A stretch of DNA of 64,000 nucleotides from Octopus sinensis. Lineage: Eukaryota. The notes under the pieces are model-generated. The model was not told where the DNA came from, searched no databases, and saw only the letters and a program-made list of their open reading frames with translations. The translations under genes and the position numbers were made by a program. The stretch's first letter is position 1. The number at the start of each line of letters is the position of its first letter. Shown here piece by piece: positions 34,641 to 48,749 of this stretch. Location of the stretch: contig NC_043007.1 in NCBI RefSeq assembly GCF_006345805.1, forward strand, positions 75,950,001-76,014,000, read 5' to 3'.

Positions 34641-34964
34641 GAAAAAAGTTTATGTCGAAAAAAAAAAAGTTTGGAAAAAGGGTGGGTTTTTTGGGGTGGG
34701 GACGGCGGAAGTTTTGCCAAAACTAGATAAGTATCTGTGTATTTTCTATCATTTATTGAAGGCTATTATTAGGGGGAAGTAGGTTAAATTTACATAAGGT
34801 TTGTCTCTATGTTTTGCTTTGACTTACGAGATTATTGATTATTGATTATTGATTATTTCATTACTCCTGATTTAAGAGAATTTCCGTAGTTACAGATAAG
34901 TATATATTTATTTGTTCCTTTATTTTTCTCTATCCAAGTCGAATCCTTATCAAGAGTTTGCATA

Positions 34965-34967
<3 letters not shown>

Positions 34968-35047
<80 letters not shown>
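34968..35047. repeat. (CT)n microsatellite
   Basis: Directly visible. Confidence 0.95.
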
Positions 35048-35048
<1 letters not shown>

Positions 35049-35321
35049 TCTTCATCACACCATCATTTCCCCTTTCTCTATTGCTTCTCTCTAAATATGT
35101 AGTCCCTCTCTCTCCCTCCCTCTCTCAATCTTTACTTCACTCTATCATCCCATAATTCTTCTCTCAGACCCTTAATCTCTCTTCTACTGTTTTCTCTTTT
35201 TCTCTTTATCTATTTCCTCTCTACAAATACATAGACATACACACACTCTCTCTTTCTCTTTTCCTTAACTATTCTCCATCGCAACATCCTTTTCTCAGCC
35301 CCTCAAACTCCCTAAATATAG

Positions 35322-35380
<59 letters not shown>

Positions 35381-35829
35381 ATATATGCATACATATATGT
35401 ATATTTGTATATATGTATGTTTTGTGCATATATGTGTACGTATATATAGACACACTCTTTCTCTTCTCTATTCTTTCACTTCTCTCTAGCATACAGTATT
35501 TCTTTTCTCAGATCCTCAACCACTATTATAAATACATATTCCCTCTCTCTCTTTCTCTCTGTCTCTTCACTTCTCTCCATCATACATCTTTCTCTGTCTC
35601 TTCACTTCTCTCTGTCACATCGTCATTCTTCTCTCAACCTCTCAATAGACACAAACTTTCTCTCTCTTTCTCTTCCTCTCTTCTCTCAGTCTCTCAATCT
35701 CTCTAAATATATAGGCACACTTTCTTTCTCTATTTCTTCACTACCCTCCATCACACCATTAAATTTTAAAAATAAATAGATAAATAAATAAATAAAATAT
35801 CCATAAAAATGTCTAGAACCTGGAGGTGC

Positions 35830-38800
35830 ATGGAATTGGGTTTTTTTGAGAGCCTGGTACAATGCTGAAGGAGATAACCCAAACAACATAATCACAGCTA
35901 CACTGAAGAGCAATGGTTACACCAGAACATTAGCACAGATAGAATGAAAGAAGCAGGAGTTTACCCGCCCCTACGCTCTCATACGATCCCATATCAGCAT
36001 TCTTGATGTCATCTTTGATAATGAACACAGCAAAGATGACAAGAATGGAGGCACGGATGCAGATGAAAGATGTCACCCCCACTTGGTAGACAATCAAGAA
36101 AACAAAGAAGAAGATTCAAGCGAGATACCTGCCCGGAAAGTAAACCCAAATGCAAATACTCCTACCACCATCAAAACGAAAGACCATGGCGGTGAAAGAG
36201 CCAAGAAAGAACAACTAAAAGAAGCAAAAACAAAAACAAAAGATGAAGCAGCCAAGGGAAGAAGCAAGTCTGATTACCCATATTAGTATAAAAAGAGACA
36301 GTACACACAAATGTGAAAATTCTACTTGAAAGGTGTCTGCTGGCATGGAGAGGAAGGTGCAAGCAGCCATTTTGCACACCAAAGACCCCACCACATAAAT
36401 ATGAAACAGGGTGGATACCACCTTCCAAAAGGAAAGGACTATGCACCACCTGCCCCAAAACAGAGGTATGCAGATGTAGTGCATGCTACAAACCAGACTG
36501 CTGAACAACAATCTTTTTTGTGCATGGCACAAAAGATTGTACGGCAGCTGACGTGGCAACATCAATCTCACAGATGGGACTATCCCCAATACACAAGACC
36601 ACCACAGCAAATAGACCCAAGGTGGGCACCACTGGCAACGGCATACACATCACATCGGTGCTATTACTGAACATCAGAGGACCGTTAACACTTAGTAACA
36701 GGACAAAAATCCTTTTCTTGAGAGACATTGTTGCATGCTATCAAGCTTTATGCATAACACTTACTGAAACACATCTAAAACTAGATATAGCAAATGCAGA
36801 AATACACATTTGTTGTATTTTGGACTGACAGGAAAGAAAGGAGTCATGGTGGAGTTGCTATGTACATCAGAGAAGACCTCATACCCCAGGTCCTTTTGTC
36901 ACACTCATATCAGTATGTGACACACTAATTGTACATATAAGACAATTCGATGTATTTATACGTGCTACATATTGCTCTCCAGATGCTCCGAATCATGTAG
37001 GCAAGTTTGAAGACTGCCTTACAAAAATAGAAGTTCTAGTCACATTAGAACAACACATAAGTGTATTTCTTATGGGGGACTTCAATCTGCCCAATGTCAG
37101 ATGGCCTTTCTCTCCCAGGAATGACATGGTATGAACAAGGACAGGAGAAGTCCCTCCTGAACCTCATCAACACTTTGTACATGGAACAAATAGTACTCCA
37201 ACCAACCAAGGCAGTTAGCATGCTGGATCTCTGCTTCACAAATAATATGGATCTCATCCATAATGTGACGGTGACACCGACGCTACTCTTGGATCACAAC
37301 ATGGTAGAGCTGACCATGTACAGACCAAAGGAAATCATAGACATGCAGCCTACAAGAAACTCTCAGAATCTTTCCAGCTTGAACTTCCATAAGACAAACT
37401 GGAAACAAATTGAGAAAGAGATCCTCAAACAAAACTGGCCTAAATGTCTCTCCTCACCGGACATCGACATGAAACTTCAACAATTCATGTCTGTAATGCT
37501 AGCCATATGCTACAAATGTGCTCCAGAGAGAAAGGCCACTGTACACAAAAACAAAATCCGCAGGGAGAGGAAAATTCTTATGAGATGGCATACAAAAGTT
37601 TCAAATCGCCTAAACAAACAAATTGAAAGCAGTGAAAAGTACCACCTGAAAATAAAACTGCTGGAGATTGAAAAAATCTGCAACTCTCCCATGAAAAAGA
37701 AAGAGCAGACAAAGAAGCCTGGGCCATAGACAATATAAAATCTAATCCCAAAGCTTTCTACAGTTTGCCAAAGAAACAGATTTGGTGCACTGCAGAATAG
37801 GGCCACTCCTCGAAAAAGATGGTACACTCACAGGAAACCCAATGAGGATAAGTGAAATACTTAATGAGCAATTCAAAAGTATTTTCACTCCACCCCTAGA
37901 ACACTTTCAAGTCAGCAATCTAACTGACTTCTTTACCACTGCAAATATAAAAACAGAGGCAGTGATGATCAATTACATCAATATAAAGGAAAACGATGTA
38001 ATAAGGGCTATAGATGAAATGAACTCATACTCAGCTGCTGGCCCCGATGGATTCCCAGCAATCCTTCAAAAAGTATGTAAATGAGTCATAGCAAGACTAC
38101 TGCAGTCCCTCTTCCAGAGCTTCTTTGCAACTGGCAAACTTCCAAGAAAATTGAAGGAGGGTAAAATATACTCTATTCATAAAGGAGGTAGCAGAGCAGA
38201 GGCCAAGAACTACAGACCTATCTCTCTGATCTTGCACATCAGCAAGGTCATGGGATGAATAGTCAAAAGAAAATTAATTGCCTTCCTTGAAGAAAATGAC
38301 TTGCTGCCTGACACCCAATATGGTTTCTGGCTAGGAAGAAGCTGCTTGACTCAGCTCTTACAACACTATGACTGGTTGCTGAAACAGCTACTCGATGACT
38401 CAAATGTGGAAGTGATATATATCGACTTTGTAAAGGCCTTTGATAAAGTCAATCATGGAATGATATATCACAAACTGCATGATCTCAGCATAGTTGGAAA
38501 ATTGGGAGAATAGCTTCATGACTTTCTGGAGGATAGAAGTCAGGTGGTAGTAGCCAATGGGGCCATCTCCAACGACACACAAATAGTAAGTGGTGTTCTG
38601 CAAGGCACTGTTTTGGGACCACGACTGTTCATAATGGTCCTCTCAGACATGCCCTCAGCCACACAGAGAGCCACAATCACAAGTTATGCTGATGATACAA
38701 AAGTCTCTCAAGTAATACAGAACCCTGAAAACACTATGTACCTGTAATGTGAGCTGGATGAAATATACAAGTGGGCTGAAAAGAATAGCATACAGTTTAA

Positions 38801-39645
38801 TGCTGAAAAGTTTCAAGACTTGTGCTATCAGCATGCAAAACTAAATGCAATACCCACTAAATACACTGGACCTGGAAGGATTGCAATTCCAGAAGCAGTC
38901 AGTACAAGACCTGGGCATTTACATGAATAATAATGCATCCTTCCATGTGCATGTTGCTAAATTGACAATGAAATGTAGGCAGCTGACCGGATGGATTCTT
39001 AGAGCTTTTAGAACAAGAGACCAGGAAACCATGATGGTCCTCTGGAGGACACTTGTCCTAAGCCACTTTGACCATTGCTCTCAGCTATGGTCACCAACCA
39101 GTGTCAAATTAATCTCAGAACTTAAGGCGATCCAATGAAGCTACACGAAGGAGATAGCCTCTGTGCAGCATATAAGCTCAGAGATTAAGACACTATTCCT
39201 TAGAGCGTAGGCGAGAAAGATATGTCATAATATACATCTGGAAGATACTGGAAGGACTTGTCCCAAACTTTGACATCGAGAATTACACAAATATTAGAAC
39301 TGGGTGCCACTGCATAGTGCCAAGGACTCCAGATTTGCCATCAAAATGTAGGACAAGATGCTGTAATAGCTTGGGTTTCAGAGGTCCACAGCTCTTCAAT
39401 ATCCTCCCGAAGGACTTGAGAGACCCACATGGGTTGTATGTAGATGTCTTCAAAGTAAAGCTGGACCTCTTCCTGTCAAGTGTCCTAGATGAACCAACTT
39501 CGCGGAAGGAGGTGCAGATGAGGGCAGCTGCATCAAACTCCTCATGCACCAAATATCAATTCCTGAAAAACATTCATGAAGTAACATTATGTAGCAACAC
39601 CAAATGGCAGTGCCCCAGCATGGCCACAGCTCATGAACTGAAACC
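35830..39645 (+). mobile_element. Full-length but decayed CR1-like LINE with ORF1
   Basis: ORF1 remnants 36083-36560 with Cys/His finger motifs. ORF2 from ~36650 (LLLNIRG, LTETHL, MGDFNL, LDLCF, GFWLGRSC, DFVKAFD, YADD, DHCSQLWSP). Same subfamily and 3' end as 8957-11625. Confidence 0.9.
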
Positions 39646-39763
39646 AGATATAAAAAAATTTATGTGTGTACATATATATATATATATATGTATATATATT
39701 GATATCTATATATATATATATTTGCATATATATATATGCATATATATATATATATATTTGTGC

Positions 39764-39795
<32 letters not shown>

Positions 39796-39825
39796 GTGCA
39801 TATTATATATATTATATATATATGC

Positions 39826-39881
<56 letters not shown>

Positions 39882-39884
39882 CAA

Positions 39885-40230
39885 CCTGAACATTAGCTTT
39901 AAGGTTCATCCAAAGCTGGGACCACGGACCATATGTCCCTTGACCAATTCAGGATCAGAACATATAAGTACCCTGCGACACAATTTCTTTTACTCAACAG
40001 GCCCTGCCCTGTTTAACATTGTCCCAAAACTGACCAAAGAGGAAAAGGATCCTATCACCTTTAAACGGAGTCTGGACAAATTTCTTCAAGGAATACCAGA
40101 TAAGCTACCGATACAACTCACTCAACAAGAACTCACTACTTGAATGGAGCATGATATCACAAAACTTGACTTAAAAAGGATTTAGATAATCCTATCAGGT
40201 GGTTCTATTAAGTTAGACATAGCTGGACCA
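39885..40230 (+). mobile_element. 3' fragment of another CR1-like subfamily
   Basis: GPALFNIVPK...FKRSLDKFLQGIPDK parallels the [10 protein letters not shown]...LDLFLSGVPDEP end. Confidence 0.65.
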
Positions 40231-40316
40231 ATCTTTGGTCAAAACACATATAAGTTTATATATACATATATATTGATATATAAGTATTTATGTATTGATA
40301 TATATATATATATATG

Positions 40317-40348
<32 letters not shown>

Positions 40349-40565
40349 TGATATATAAAGATATATATATAGATGAAAGAAGGGTTGAAAATGCAATTTT
40401 AAAAGATGTTTCTTCACTTGATCCGTCAGTCCATCTCAAATTCTTTGTAAACTCCTAAATGTATCTCCTTTTGTGTATATATATATATACCACCAAAATA
40501 TGACCTTTTTGAACTCATAAATTTCTGTGTATATATAAAGATACTTCCAAACAAACATCATTTTT

Positions 40566-40830
40566 AATGAAATCCTAATATTTTTTATGAACTTTTTAAT
40601 ATTTTCTCAAGATTTTTCCTGTAAACTGTTCTTAACATTTTCTTATTATTATCAAAGAATGTATATATGTATTGTAATATTTTGTGACAAGCAGTACTTA
40701 ACACAAAAAAGGTCTTACAAATCTTATTTTTAATAAAATCCTAATATTTTTAATGAACTTTTTAATATTTTCTAAGATTTTTCCTTGTAAACTGTTTTTA
40801 ACATTTTCTTATTATTATATGTAACTATTT
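40566..40830. repeat. Imperfect direct duplication of a ~95-bp AT-rich segment, period ~167 bp
   Basis: AAATCCTAATATTTTT.ATGAACTTTTTAATATTTTCT...CATTTTCTTATTATTAT occurs twice. Confidence 0.75.
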
Positions 40831-40844
40831 TGTTTTAACTATTT

Positions 40845-43800
40845 TAAAGTGTTTCAGCTGCATGGCTGCAGTCATGCTGGGGCACCACTGTTGACTGAGC
40901 TGCACCACTATTTGGAATGTGCTCTGATCTGTGGCATCTGGTCAATGAGGGGATTTGATGCTGCAGCCCTCATTTGTGTTTCCTGCCATGAGGTAGGTTC
41001 CTCAGGAACTTGTGACAGGAAGATATCCAGTTTTGCTTTAAAGACACTTACATCTACACTCCGCGGGTCTCTCTGGCATTTTGGAAATATATCAAAGAGG
41101 TGTGGGCCCTTGAAGACCAAGCTGATGCAGTATCTGGTTCTGTATTTTGATGGTGATTCTGGGATCTTTGGCACTATGCAGTGGTGCCCCATTCTGCAGT
41201 TAGAGTAACTTTCAATGCCAAAGTTTGGTACAAGGCCTTCTAGGATATTCCAGATGTATATCACTGCATATCTCTCTCGCCTTCATTCCAGGAAGAAGAC
41301 TTTTAATTCTTTCAATCTTTCCTAGTAGCTGATACATTGCATCAAGATGATTTTCTTAGTGTTGTTTCGTTGGATTGCTTCGAGTTCCACCATGGGTTTT
41401 ATAGTGTGTGGTGACCATTGTTGGGAGCAGTAGTCCAAGTGGATGAGAATGTATGTCCTCCAAAAGATCACCAATGTCTCTTTTTCTCTTGTTTTGAAAT
41501 TTCGGAGGATCCATCCAGCTAGCTGTCTGCATTTTATTACTAAATTTGTATTATGCACTTGGAAAGATGCATCATTGTTCATGTAAATGCCCAGGTCACA
41601 CACTAATTTTAATTCAAGGATTTCAGTTTCTCTTGGTCTAGTGTATCCTGTCTGCATGTCATTTAATTTTGTGTGCTGGTAGCGTAGGACTTGGAATTTT
41701 CTTGCATTAAACAGCATGTTGTTGTCCTCAGCCCACATGTATACTGCGTCCAACTTCCATTGCAGATGTGCAATGTTTCCAGGATTTTGCATTGTCTGAA
41801 AGACTTTTGTGTCATCTGCATAGCTAGCAAGGATGGCTATCTGAGCAGCCGAGGGCATGTCTGAGAGGGCCACTATGAATAGCAGTGACCCCCAAGACAG
41901 TGCCCTGTGGAACACTACTTGCAATTTGTATTTCTTTGGATCTGGCTCCATTGGCCACTACTGTCTGACATCTATCCCTTAGAAATTGGTGCAGCTATTC
42001 TCCAAGTTTTCCACATATGCCAAGATCATGCAGTTTGTGACATATCATACCATGGTCAACTTTATCACAGGCTTTTGCAAAGTTGAGATATATCATATTC
42101 ACGCTCAAGTCATTCAGCAGCTGTTTTAACACCCAGTGTAGTGTTGCAGGAGAAAATTCAGACAGCTTCTACCTGGACGAAATCCATGTGGGGTGTCAGT
42201 CAGCAAGTCATTTTCTACTAGAAACGTGATTAGTTTCTTGCAGACTATTCATTCTATGACTTTACTGATGTGTGAGGTCAGAGAGATAGGCCTATAGTTT
42301 TCGGCATCTGCTCTGCTTCTTCCCTTTATGGATAAGGTATATTATCCCTTTCTTCAGTTTTTCTGGGAGTTTACCACTTGCGAGGAAGCTCTGGAAGAGA
42401 ATCTGCAGTGGTTTTGTAAGGGCTTGCCTGCATGATTTGAGTAGGACCACTGGATATTCATCTGAGCCAGCCACTGAGTTTGTATCAACTTCATCTATGG
42501 CCAATATTATATCTTCTTCTTCAATGTTTATGTACTAAATTTTCTTAACCTCTTTGGTTTTAAGTAATGTGGCAAAGAGTTCTGCTGGTTTGTTTACTTG
42601 TCTGTGTCCCAGCAGTATAGTGAACACACTTTGGAACTGTTCGTTCAGTATTTCACTTATGGGGTTTCCTGTGAGGGAGCCATCTTTTTGGAAGAGGGGT
42701 CCTATCTTGTGGCATATTGAGGCTGTTTCTTTGTCAAACTTAAAGAAAGCTTTAGGGTTTGACTTGATATTTACTATAACCCAAGCTTCTTTATTTGCTC
42801 CCTCCTTTTCATGAGATTGATTCAGATGTTTCTCACTACTTTTGGGATGCTTGCTCAGGCAGTTCTTAATCTTTGTCCAACGTCTCATAAGAATCTTCCT
42901 TTCTCTGTGGATCCTGTTTTGGTGTATGTTGGCCTTGCACAATGGGACTGTTTTGTTACATATGGCTTGTAATATAGACATGAAATGTTTGTGTTTCATG
43001 TCAATGTCTGGCATGGAGAGACATTTAGGCCAATCCTGTTTGAGGATCTCTTTCTCAATCAGCTTCCAATTTGCTTTGTGAAAGTTTAGTTTGGAGAGAT
43101 TTTGGGTGCTTCGTATAGGCTGTATGTCTGCAGGAGCTTTTGGACCATACATAGACAGCTCTATTATATTGTGATCCGAGATCAGTGTCAGTATCAATTT
43201 AACATTATGGGTAATGTTCCTATTGTTTGTGAAGCAGAGATTCAGTATATTATTTGGTCTGGTTGGTTGCAGCACAATTTGTTCCATGAAAGAGGCATTG
43301 GTCAGGTGGAGCAGGGACTCTGCCTGTGCTTGCTGTTAGCGTGTCATTCTTGGGAGAATCTGGCCTCCAGGCCATCCCATGTTTGGGAAGTTAATGTCAC
43401 CTAAAAGGAATACATTAATGTGTTGTTCCAGTTTGATGAGAACTTCTTCTATCTTTGTTAGGTAGTCTTCAAATTTGCTCGTATGACTCAGAGCATCTGG
43501 TGGGTGATATGTAGTACATATAACAAAATTAAGTTGTCATATGTGTTCAATTTGAGTGTCACACACTGAATTAGAATATGACAACATATTCTAATAGATG
43601 TATTTCTGCATCCTCTATATCAAGTCTAAGATGCATTTCTACAAGTACCATGCATAAAGCTTAATTGCATGCCACAAGGTCTCCCAGGAACGAGATTTTT
43701 GATTTACAGTTGCCATGCAACAACCCTTCTATATTCAAAAGAAATATCTTTTGTGATATGTGCGTTGGTGTTAGTGGTGGACCATTCTGTATCTGTTGTT

Positions 43801-44400
43801 GGTGATGGCCTTGTGTGGTGGCAGGCATAGTTCCTGGTTTGAGTTTGAAGCCAGGTCAGTTGCTGGACAATCTTTTGTATCATGCACAAAAAAGATTGCT
43901 GTTCAGCTGCTGCCCTTTTCACGTCTGGGTGAAGCTGGCCATTTGCTTGGTCATGCACTACATCTGCACATCATCTTCCGGAGGTAGACAGTGCACTATT
44001 TTTACATTTTTATTGCCTTTCCTTTTGTCCTCCTCAGGGAAGGGAGTGTTGTCTGGGGCCCATGTGGTTTTGGCAGACCTTCTGGTGTGCAAAGCAACAG
44101 TTTGCACAATCATCATTGTACCAGCAGTGTCCTTGCAGGTAGAATTTGTGAGTGCTCCTGCTTTTGCCCTTCAACTCCTATAGCTTCTGTTGGGGGGTCC
44201 TCCATTTCTTACCGGTATTTTCGATTGTTTCTTCTTTCCTTTCTTTGACTCTTCGTTCTCCTTTACTTTTGTTTTGTTGGGTTTGTGTTCATCTTGCCTC
44301 TGATATAGCAGACCCATTGCATACTTTTATTGTTAGCTTGATGAATTGCTAACTTCAAGACATAGTGGGACACAATACACAATTTAACAACTAATGAAAA
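40845..44400 (-). mobile_element. Decayed CR1-like LINE (related subfamily) with ORF1, tail-to-tail with the 35.8-39.6 kb copy
   Basis: ORFs 43287-42535, 42504-42292, 41951-41322 (YADD, DYCSQQWSP) and 41264-40908. ORF1 finger KFYLQGHCWYNDDCANCCFAH near 44050-44150. Confidence 0.9.
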
Positions 44401-44892
44401 CACATGCACATACATACTAGGTGCAAGATTGAATGTGTGGTCGAGAAGTTTGTTTCTCAATATTCAGTCCCTCTGCATGGTACCATGGGCAAGTGTTTCC
44501 TACTATAGCCCCAGGCCAACCATAGACTTGTGACTGAATTTGGTAGACAGAAACTGCAGTATTGTTCATCAGAAAATGACTGACAAACATGTTTATAAAG
44601 AAAATTTGTTTGCTTCATACTCCTCATGTGTCGATTCTGCCCATAAGAAAGGAACAAATAATACTATGTGGCTGTAGGTCATAACACCTGGGCAACACTG
44701 GGGTGCATTGCTAATACAATAATAAGTTATGAAGAATGAGACATCATAGAAATAAAAGGTGGTAAACGTTTTATTGGATGATTTAAAAAAGAGCCATGCA
44801 ACAAAAATAATAAATGGTTGGTTCAGTGAAGGTAGCAAAATAAGGACAATGTTAAAGGCAAACAACACAAAAAATCATAGAACACAGTTTAA

Positions 44893-45028
44893 CCCTTTGA
44901 GTCCTGACCTCTTGAATCTTATTTGATAATATGCCTGGCTTCTTGATGCACTCCACTGGTAGAGCACTGCTACAATACAGAGAAAAATAAGCCATCCACT
45001 GGTAAACCAGTGCTACGGGCTCAAAGGG
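44893..45028. mobile_element. 136-bp piggyBac-like MITE
   Basis: TTAA|CCCTTTGAGTCC ... GGGCTCAAAGGG|TCAA: 12-bp TIR (11/12); the right target copy has 1 mismatch. Confidence 0.65.
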
Positions 45029-45184
45029 TCAAAAGACATTTGGTATTAAACAGTAGTTATACAGAAAGCTATATCAATAGGGTTACTTTTGTATATGTGA
45101 AAATGAAATAAAGTTGCCAAGGTCTATTAACTCAAACATTTGAATACAAAGGGATTGTAGTTGTATTAAGTATGCCACAAAGCT

Positions 45185-45190
45185 TTTATT
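45185..45190 (-). promoter_or_regulatory. Candidate poly(A) signal of gene B
   Basis: AATAAA on minus, ~150 nt after the stop codon. Confidence 0.4.
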
Positions 45191-45336
45191 GTAAGACAAT
45201 ATAATAGGTAGATTGATTTAGAATATCTTGGTTAGTTTTGCAGAATAGACATTTTTAAATTTGAATACAAACACTGGTAAGTTTTAAAATATATATTGTT
45301 CTTAAAAAATTCTCAGTTTAACAAAATATGTAAATT

Positions 45337-45417
45337 TTATGCTTGAGGTATATATGCTGGAGGAGTAGTGAACGCCTGGCCGGATTGCATGTCAACATTA
45401 CTAGTAGTTTGTACAAC
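45337..45417 (-). CDS. Gene B terminal exon: VVQTTSNVDMQSGQAFTTPPAYIPQA*
   Basis: Acceptor atatattttacAG, phase 0. VVQTTSNV resembles gene A VLVQSTERNV; contains a PPxY motif. Confidence 0.72.
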   Translation of the reverse strand, partial: VVQTTSNVDMQSGQAFTTPPAYIPQA

Positions 45418-47219
45418 CTGTAAAATATATAATTTTTAACTGATTAAATCCCTTTAAGAGTAAAATATTTTTGCTTAGAAGCAACTTTTTTACTATTTCT
45501 TTCAATAGACATTTAATTACTTACACCACACACAAACACACTCACACACATGGAATTGGCTAATACTCTTTAATTAGAAGTAAAACTGAAGGGTGTAGAA
45601 TAGTTATTGCATTATAAACTTAGCAGTTTAATGAGGAACTCACTGAATTAGAAACAGATAATGAAGTAAAACAGATAATGAAGTAAAAAAGTCCACTATT
45701 TGTTGGATCGACAAAGTTCTGATGTACAATCACTTCTTGAGTGTACATACCATCATTTAGGCTTCCAATAGTTCCTGGTTGTTATTTCCCCTTTAATTTT
45801 ATTTACTTTTTTAATCACTACATACTGAAGAATTACCCTAAATTGGGGCTAAAATGAGGAATGACTAATTTCAATAATTTCTTCTCTTTAACGTCATGGT
45901 GCATAAGTGTACCAGGAACAGAACCAGGTGTAATTCTGCTTCAAGCACCCCATATTACCCTTGTAACTTTCCTTGTTAGTTTGTCACTCAGATGAATCCA
46001 TGTATTTCAATATCTTTCTTCCTATAAATACATTTAATAGCATTTAAGCAAAATATTTGGACTGCCTGTATTTTAAACTGTGATTTTTAAAAATTCAAAA
46101 TATTAAAAATAAAATAATTCTTTTTAAATTTCGAAAAGTTAAAAAAAATTTTTTCATAATCATATGAATTCCCTTTCGAAGAATGCAAATTTGCACAAAT
46201 TTTCTGAAAATTCCAAAAATTATAAAAAGATTACATAAGGTTATAAGGGGTACCTAAACCAGAATTCTGCTGAGAGTCACTCCTGCAAATTGTAAAGAAA
46301 CTATAGAGAATATTTTACAGTAAATTTTTTTATCTTTTTGAGTTTTGATAATTTCATATCATGCCATTTTCCTGTGATTCTTTACATTTGACCTAGATAT
46401 TACAATTTTTTTTTTGAATTTTTGATCTTTGTGGTATCTAAGAATCAATATTGATGTGTATGAGTTAAAAAAATTTTTTTTTTTCAAATGCAATTCTGGA
46501 GAATTGAAGGGGCATTTACTTAATCTTGTTTTACTCATTTTGCCACATCTAAATTATCTTCTGTATGCTCATAGAGAACAGAGATGATTTTCTGAAATAG
46601 TGTTCTGAATATGTAATAGTGTTTTTAATGTATTTAGAGCTGATGTAGTTTTTGTTTGGAAGTGAACACTTGTAAAAAATTTAATTTTCTCAGAGTTAAA
46701 AATGCAGAAATATTATTCATTGTGCCCACCACTCCTTACAGGAAACTGAAAAAGCAGACTTTCGGAGCACCTGTCATATATGTTAGAATTTCCATGTCTA
46801 TGTCAGGATTTTCCATTTCTTTCATGCATTGTAAAACAATGGAGGGAATCATTTTTAAAACAAAAAGTTTTTAAATCTCTGTCTTTTAAATGCTCAACTC
46901 CCTCCCACACACACTCACCATGCCTTTGGAAAAGCAACAACTACTAAAATTATATACTTTTCTTTTTCATAATTTTCTGTCATTTTATCATTCTATATTC
47001 TGAAACATTTGTAATTTGCATTAGAGAAAAATATCTTAACCCCACTTCCCTCCTTCATTGTACTTTTCACAATGAAGGAAAAGTCAAACACTGCAAGAGG
47101 ATGTGTGAGAAAAAAACTTTGAAAAGTGTATCTATAAAGCATCATTTTCAGTTGTTTGTTTAAACTTTCTCTGCTAATACGCCAAATTCCTTATATACAG
47201 TATATGGGTTTTGAAATTA

Positions 47220-47760
47220 TCAACCCATGCTAGCATGGAAAGCGGACGTTAAAAAACGATGATGATGATGATTAAGATATTTCTTCTTAATATGAAATCA
47301 ATGGTAGTCTTAATACACAAATAAAGAGTATATATATATATATATATTTGCACACCTTCATTATCATCATCATCATTATCATCATTTCATGTCCATTTTC
47401 AATGCTGGCTTGTCATGCATGGTTAGACTGGAGCTGACAAGCTGGAGAGCTTCATTAGCCTTAAGTTATCTATTTAAGCACAGTTTCTATGACACAGTTG
47501 CTAACTCCAACCCACTTTACAGAGTGTTCTGGACAGTTTTAACGTGGCACTGGCACCAGTAGGGTCGCTAAGTAACTTGTAAGACAAGGACCTCTTAGTA
47601 GAGAGAGAGAGTGGAACTGAGCGATGTGGCTATGTGCCAGGTGAGAAAGTGTGAAAGAGAGACAGAGATAGGTGTCTTACTATAGATGAGATACTAGGCT
47701 ATCCCAGTAGGTAAAGGAAGGTGAGAAATAGTTAGACAGAGACAGAGTGAAAAAGAGAGG
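47220..47760. mobile_element. RTE tail fragments (47220-47270 on +, 47365-47760 on -, older subfamily)
   Basis: CAACCCATGCTAGCATGGAAAGCGGACG..(GAT)n and (CAT)n..TTTCATGTCCATTTTC. Confidence 0.6.
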
Positions 47761-47969
47761 GAAATAGATGGTGTTGGAGATGTATTGGGGTCTACCAAGA
47801 GGGAACAGTGGTGGGGAGTATAAATAGTACAGAGGTAATATGTTTAGAGATTTGGTCGATACCAATCTAAAGAGAGCAACTGTCACACATTGTAAGAAGG
47901 CATAAAAGGTATGAATTTTTCTTCTTGAAATCATAGAAATGATTATTAAAGAAAATAAATTGAACTTAC

Positions 47970-48089
47970 TCGTGTTCCTGAACAGCAACAGCAAATTGAT
48001 GAAGAAACAATAGCCAAAATAAATTCCACACCCATAGCAAATGCAGCAAAAGCAAATAAAACATATAAGCCATAAACGCCATAGTAAAG
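47970..48089 (-). CDS. Gene B exon 4, TM4: LYYGVYGLYVLFAFAAFAMGVEFILAIVSSSICCCCSGTR
   Basis: Acceptor tttttctttcctttacAG, donor CGA|GTAAGT, 120 nt, phase 0-0; paralogous to 6960-7079. Confidence 0.93.
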
Positions 48090-48749
48090 CTGTAAAGGAA
48101 AGAAAAAACAAAATATTTTAATGAGAAAGAAAATGTCAGGGCTGATCAAAAAATCAGTAATAACCTTGAATGTATGCAAATCTGTCAATTTTTTAAAAAT
48201 CCAAATTCCCCTTAGTATCTTATTTTTCATACTTATTCACACTTACAAACATTTTCTTTCATGTATTTTAATACCATAACCTTACAGAATAAAAAGTTGT
48301 TAAGAAAAAAAAATGCTTCAATGACTTCAAGATTCCAAGCTCAGATATATCAGTGTAAAGTAATCTTTTTGTAAAAAGAAAAACTCTGCCACAAACTCTG
48401 AGTGATTTTCATTGCTTAGTTGAAAGATGGCTTAGCTCTTCTAAAAAAATAAAATAAAACAAAACAGCCACCTGTTAGATATTTAAAAAGGTTGTTTTAT
48501 TTTCTATAAAGTTTATTTTGATAAGTTCTTATGAGGCACTTTCTGATAATATTGATAGGATTTTCTTCAGATTTCTAAATGTTTAATGTTAAACATTGTT
48601 TGTTAAAAATGATACACTAGCAAAATAACTTTAGCAGAGAAAACAAAACAGAATTTAAAATAGTTAATGTGTCATATTTCTTGAAATTAGACAGCTAAGA
48701 TGCATATATATTTTGTTTTAAAATAATGTATATATTATTTTACTCTACT

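Noticed and set aside
45600-45790. Minus-strand frame ...MYTQEVIVHQ... resembling gene A RQEVLVQ, as an alternative terminal exon
   Set aside because: No credible acceptor; 45417-45337 has a better splice site and a PPxY motif. Cannot be fully excluded without RNA data.
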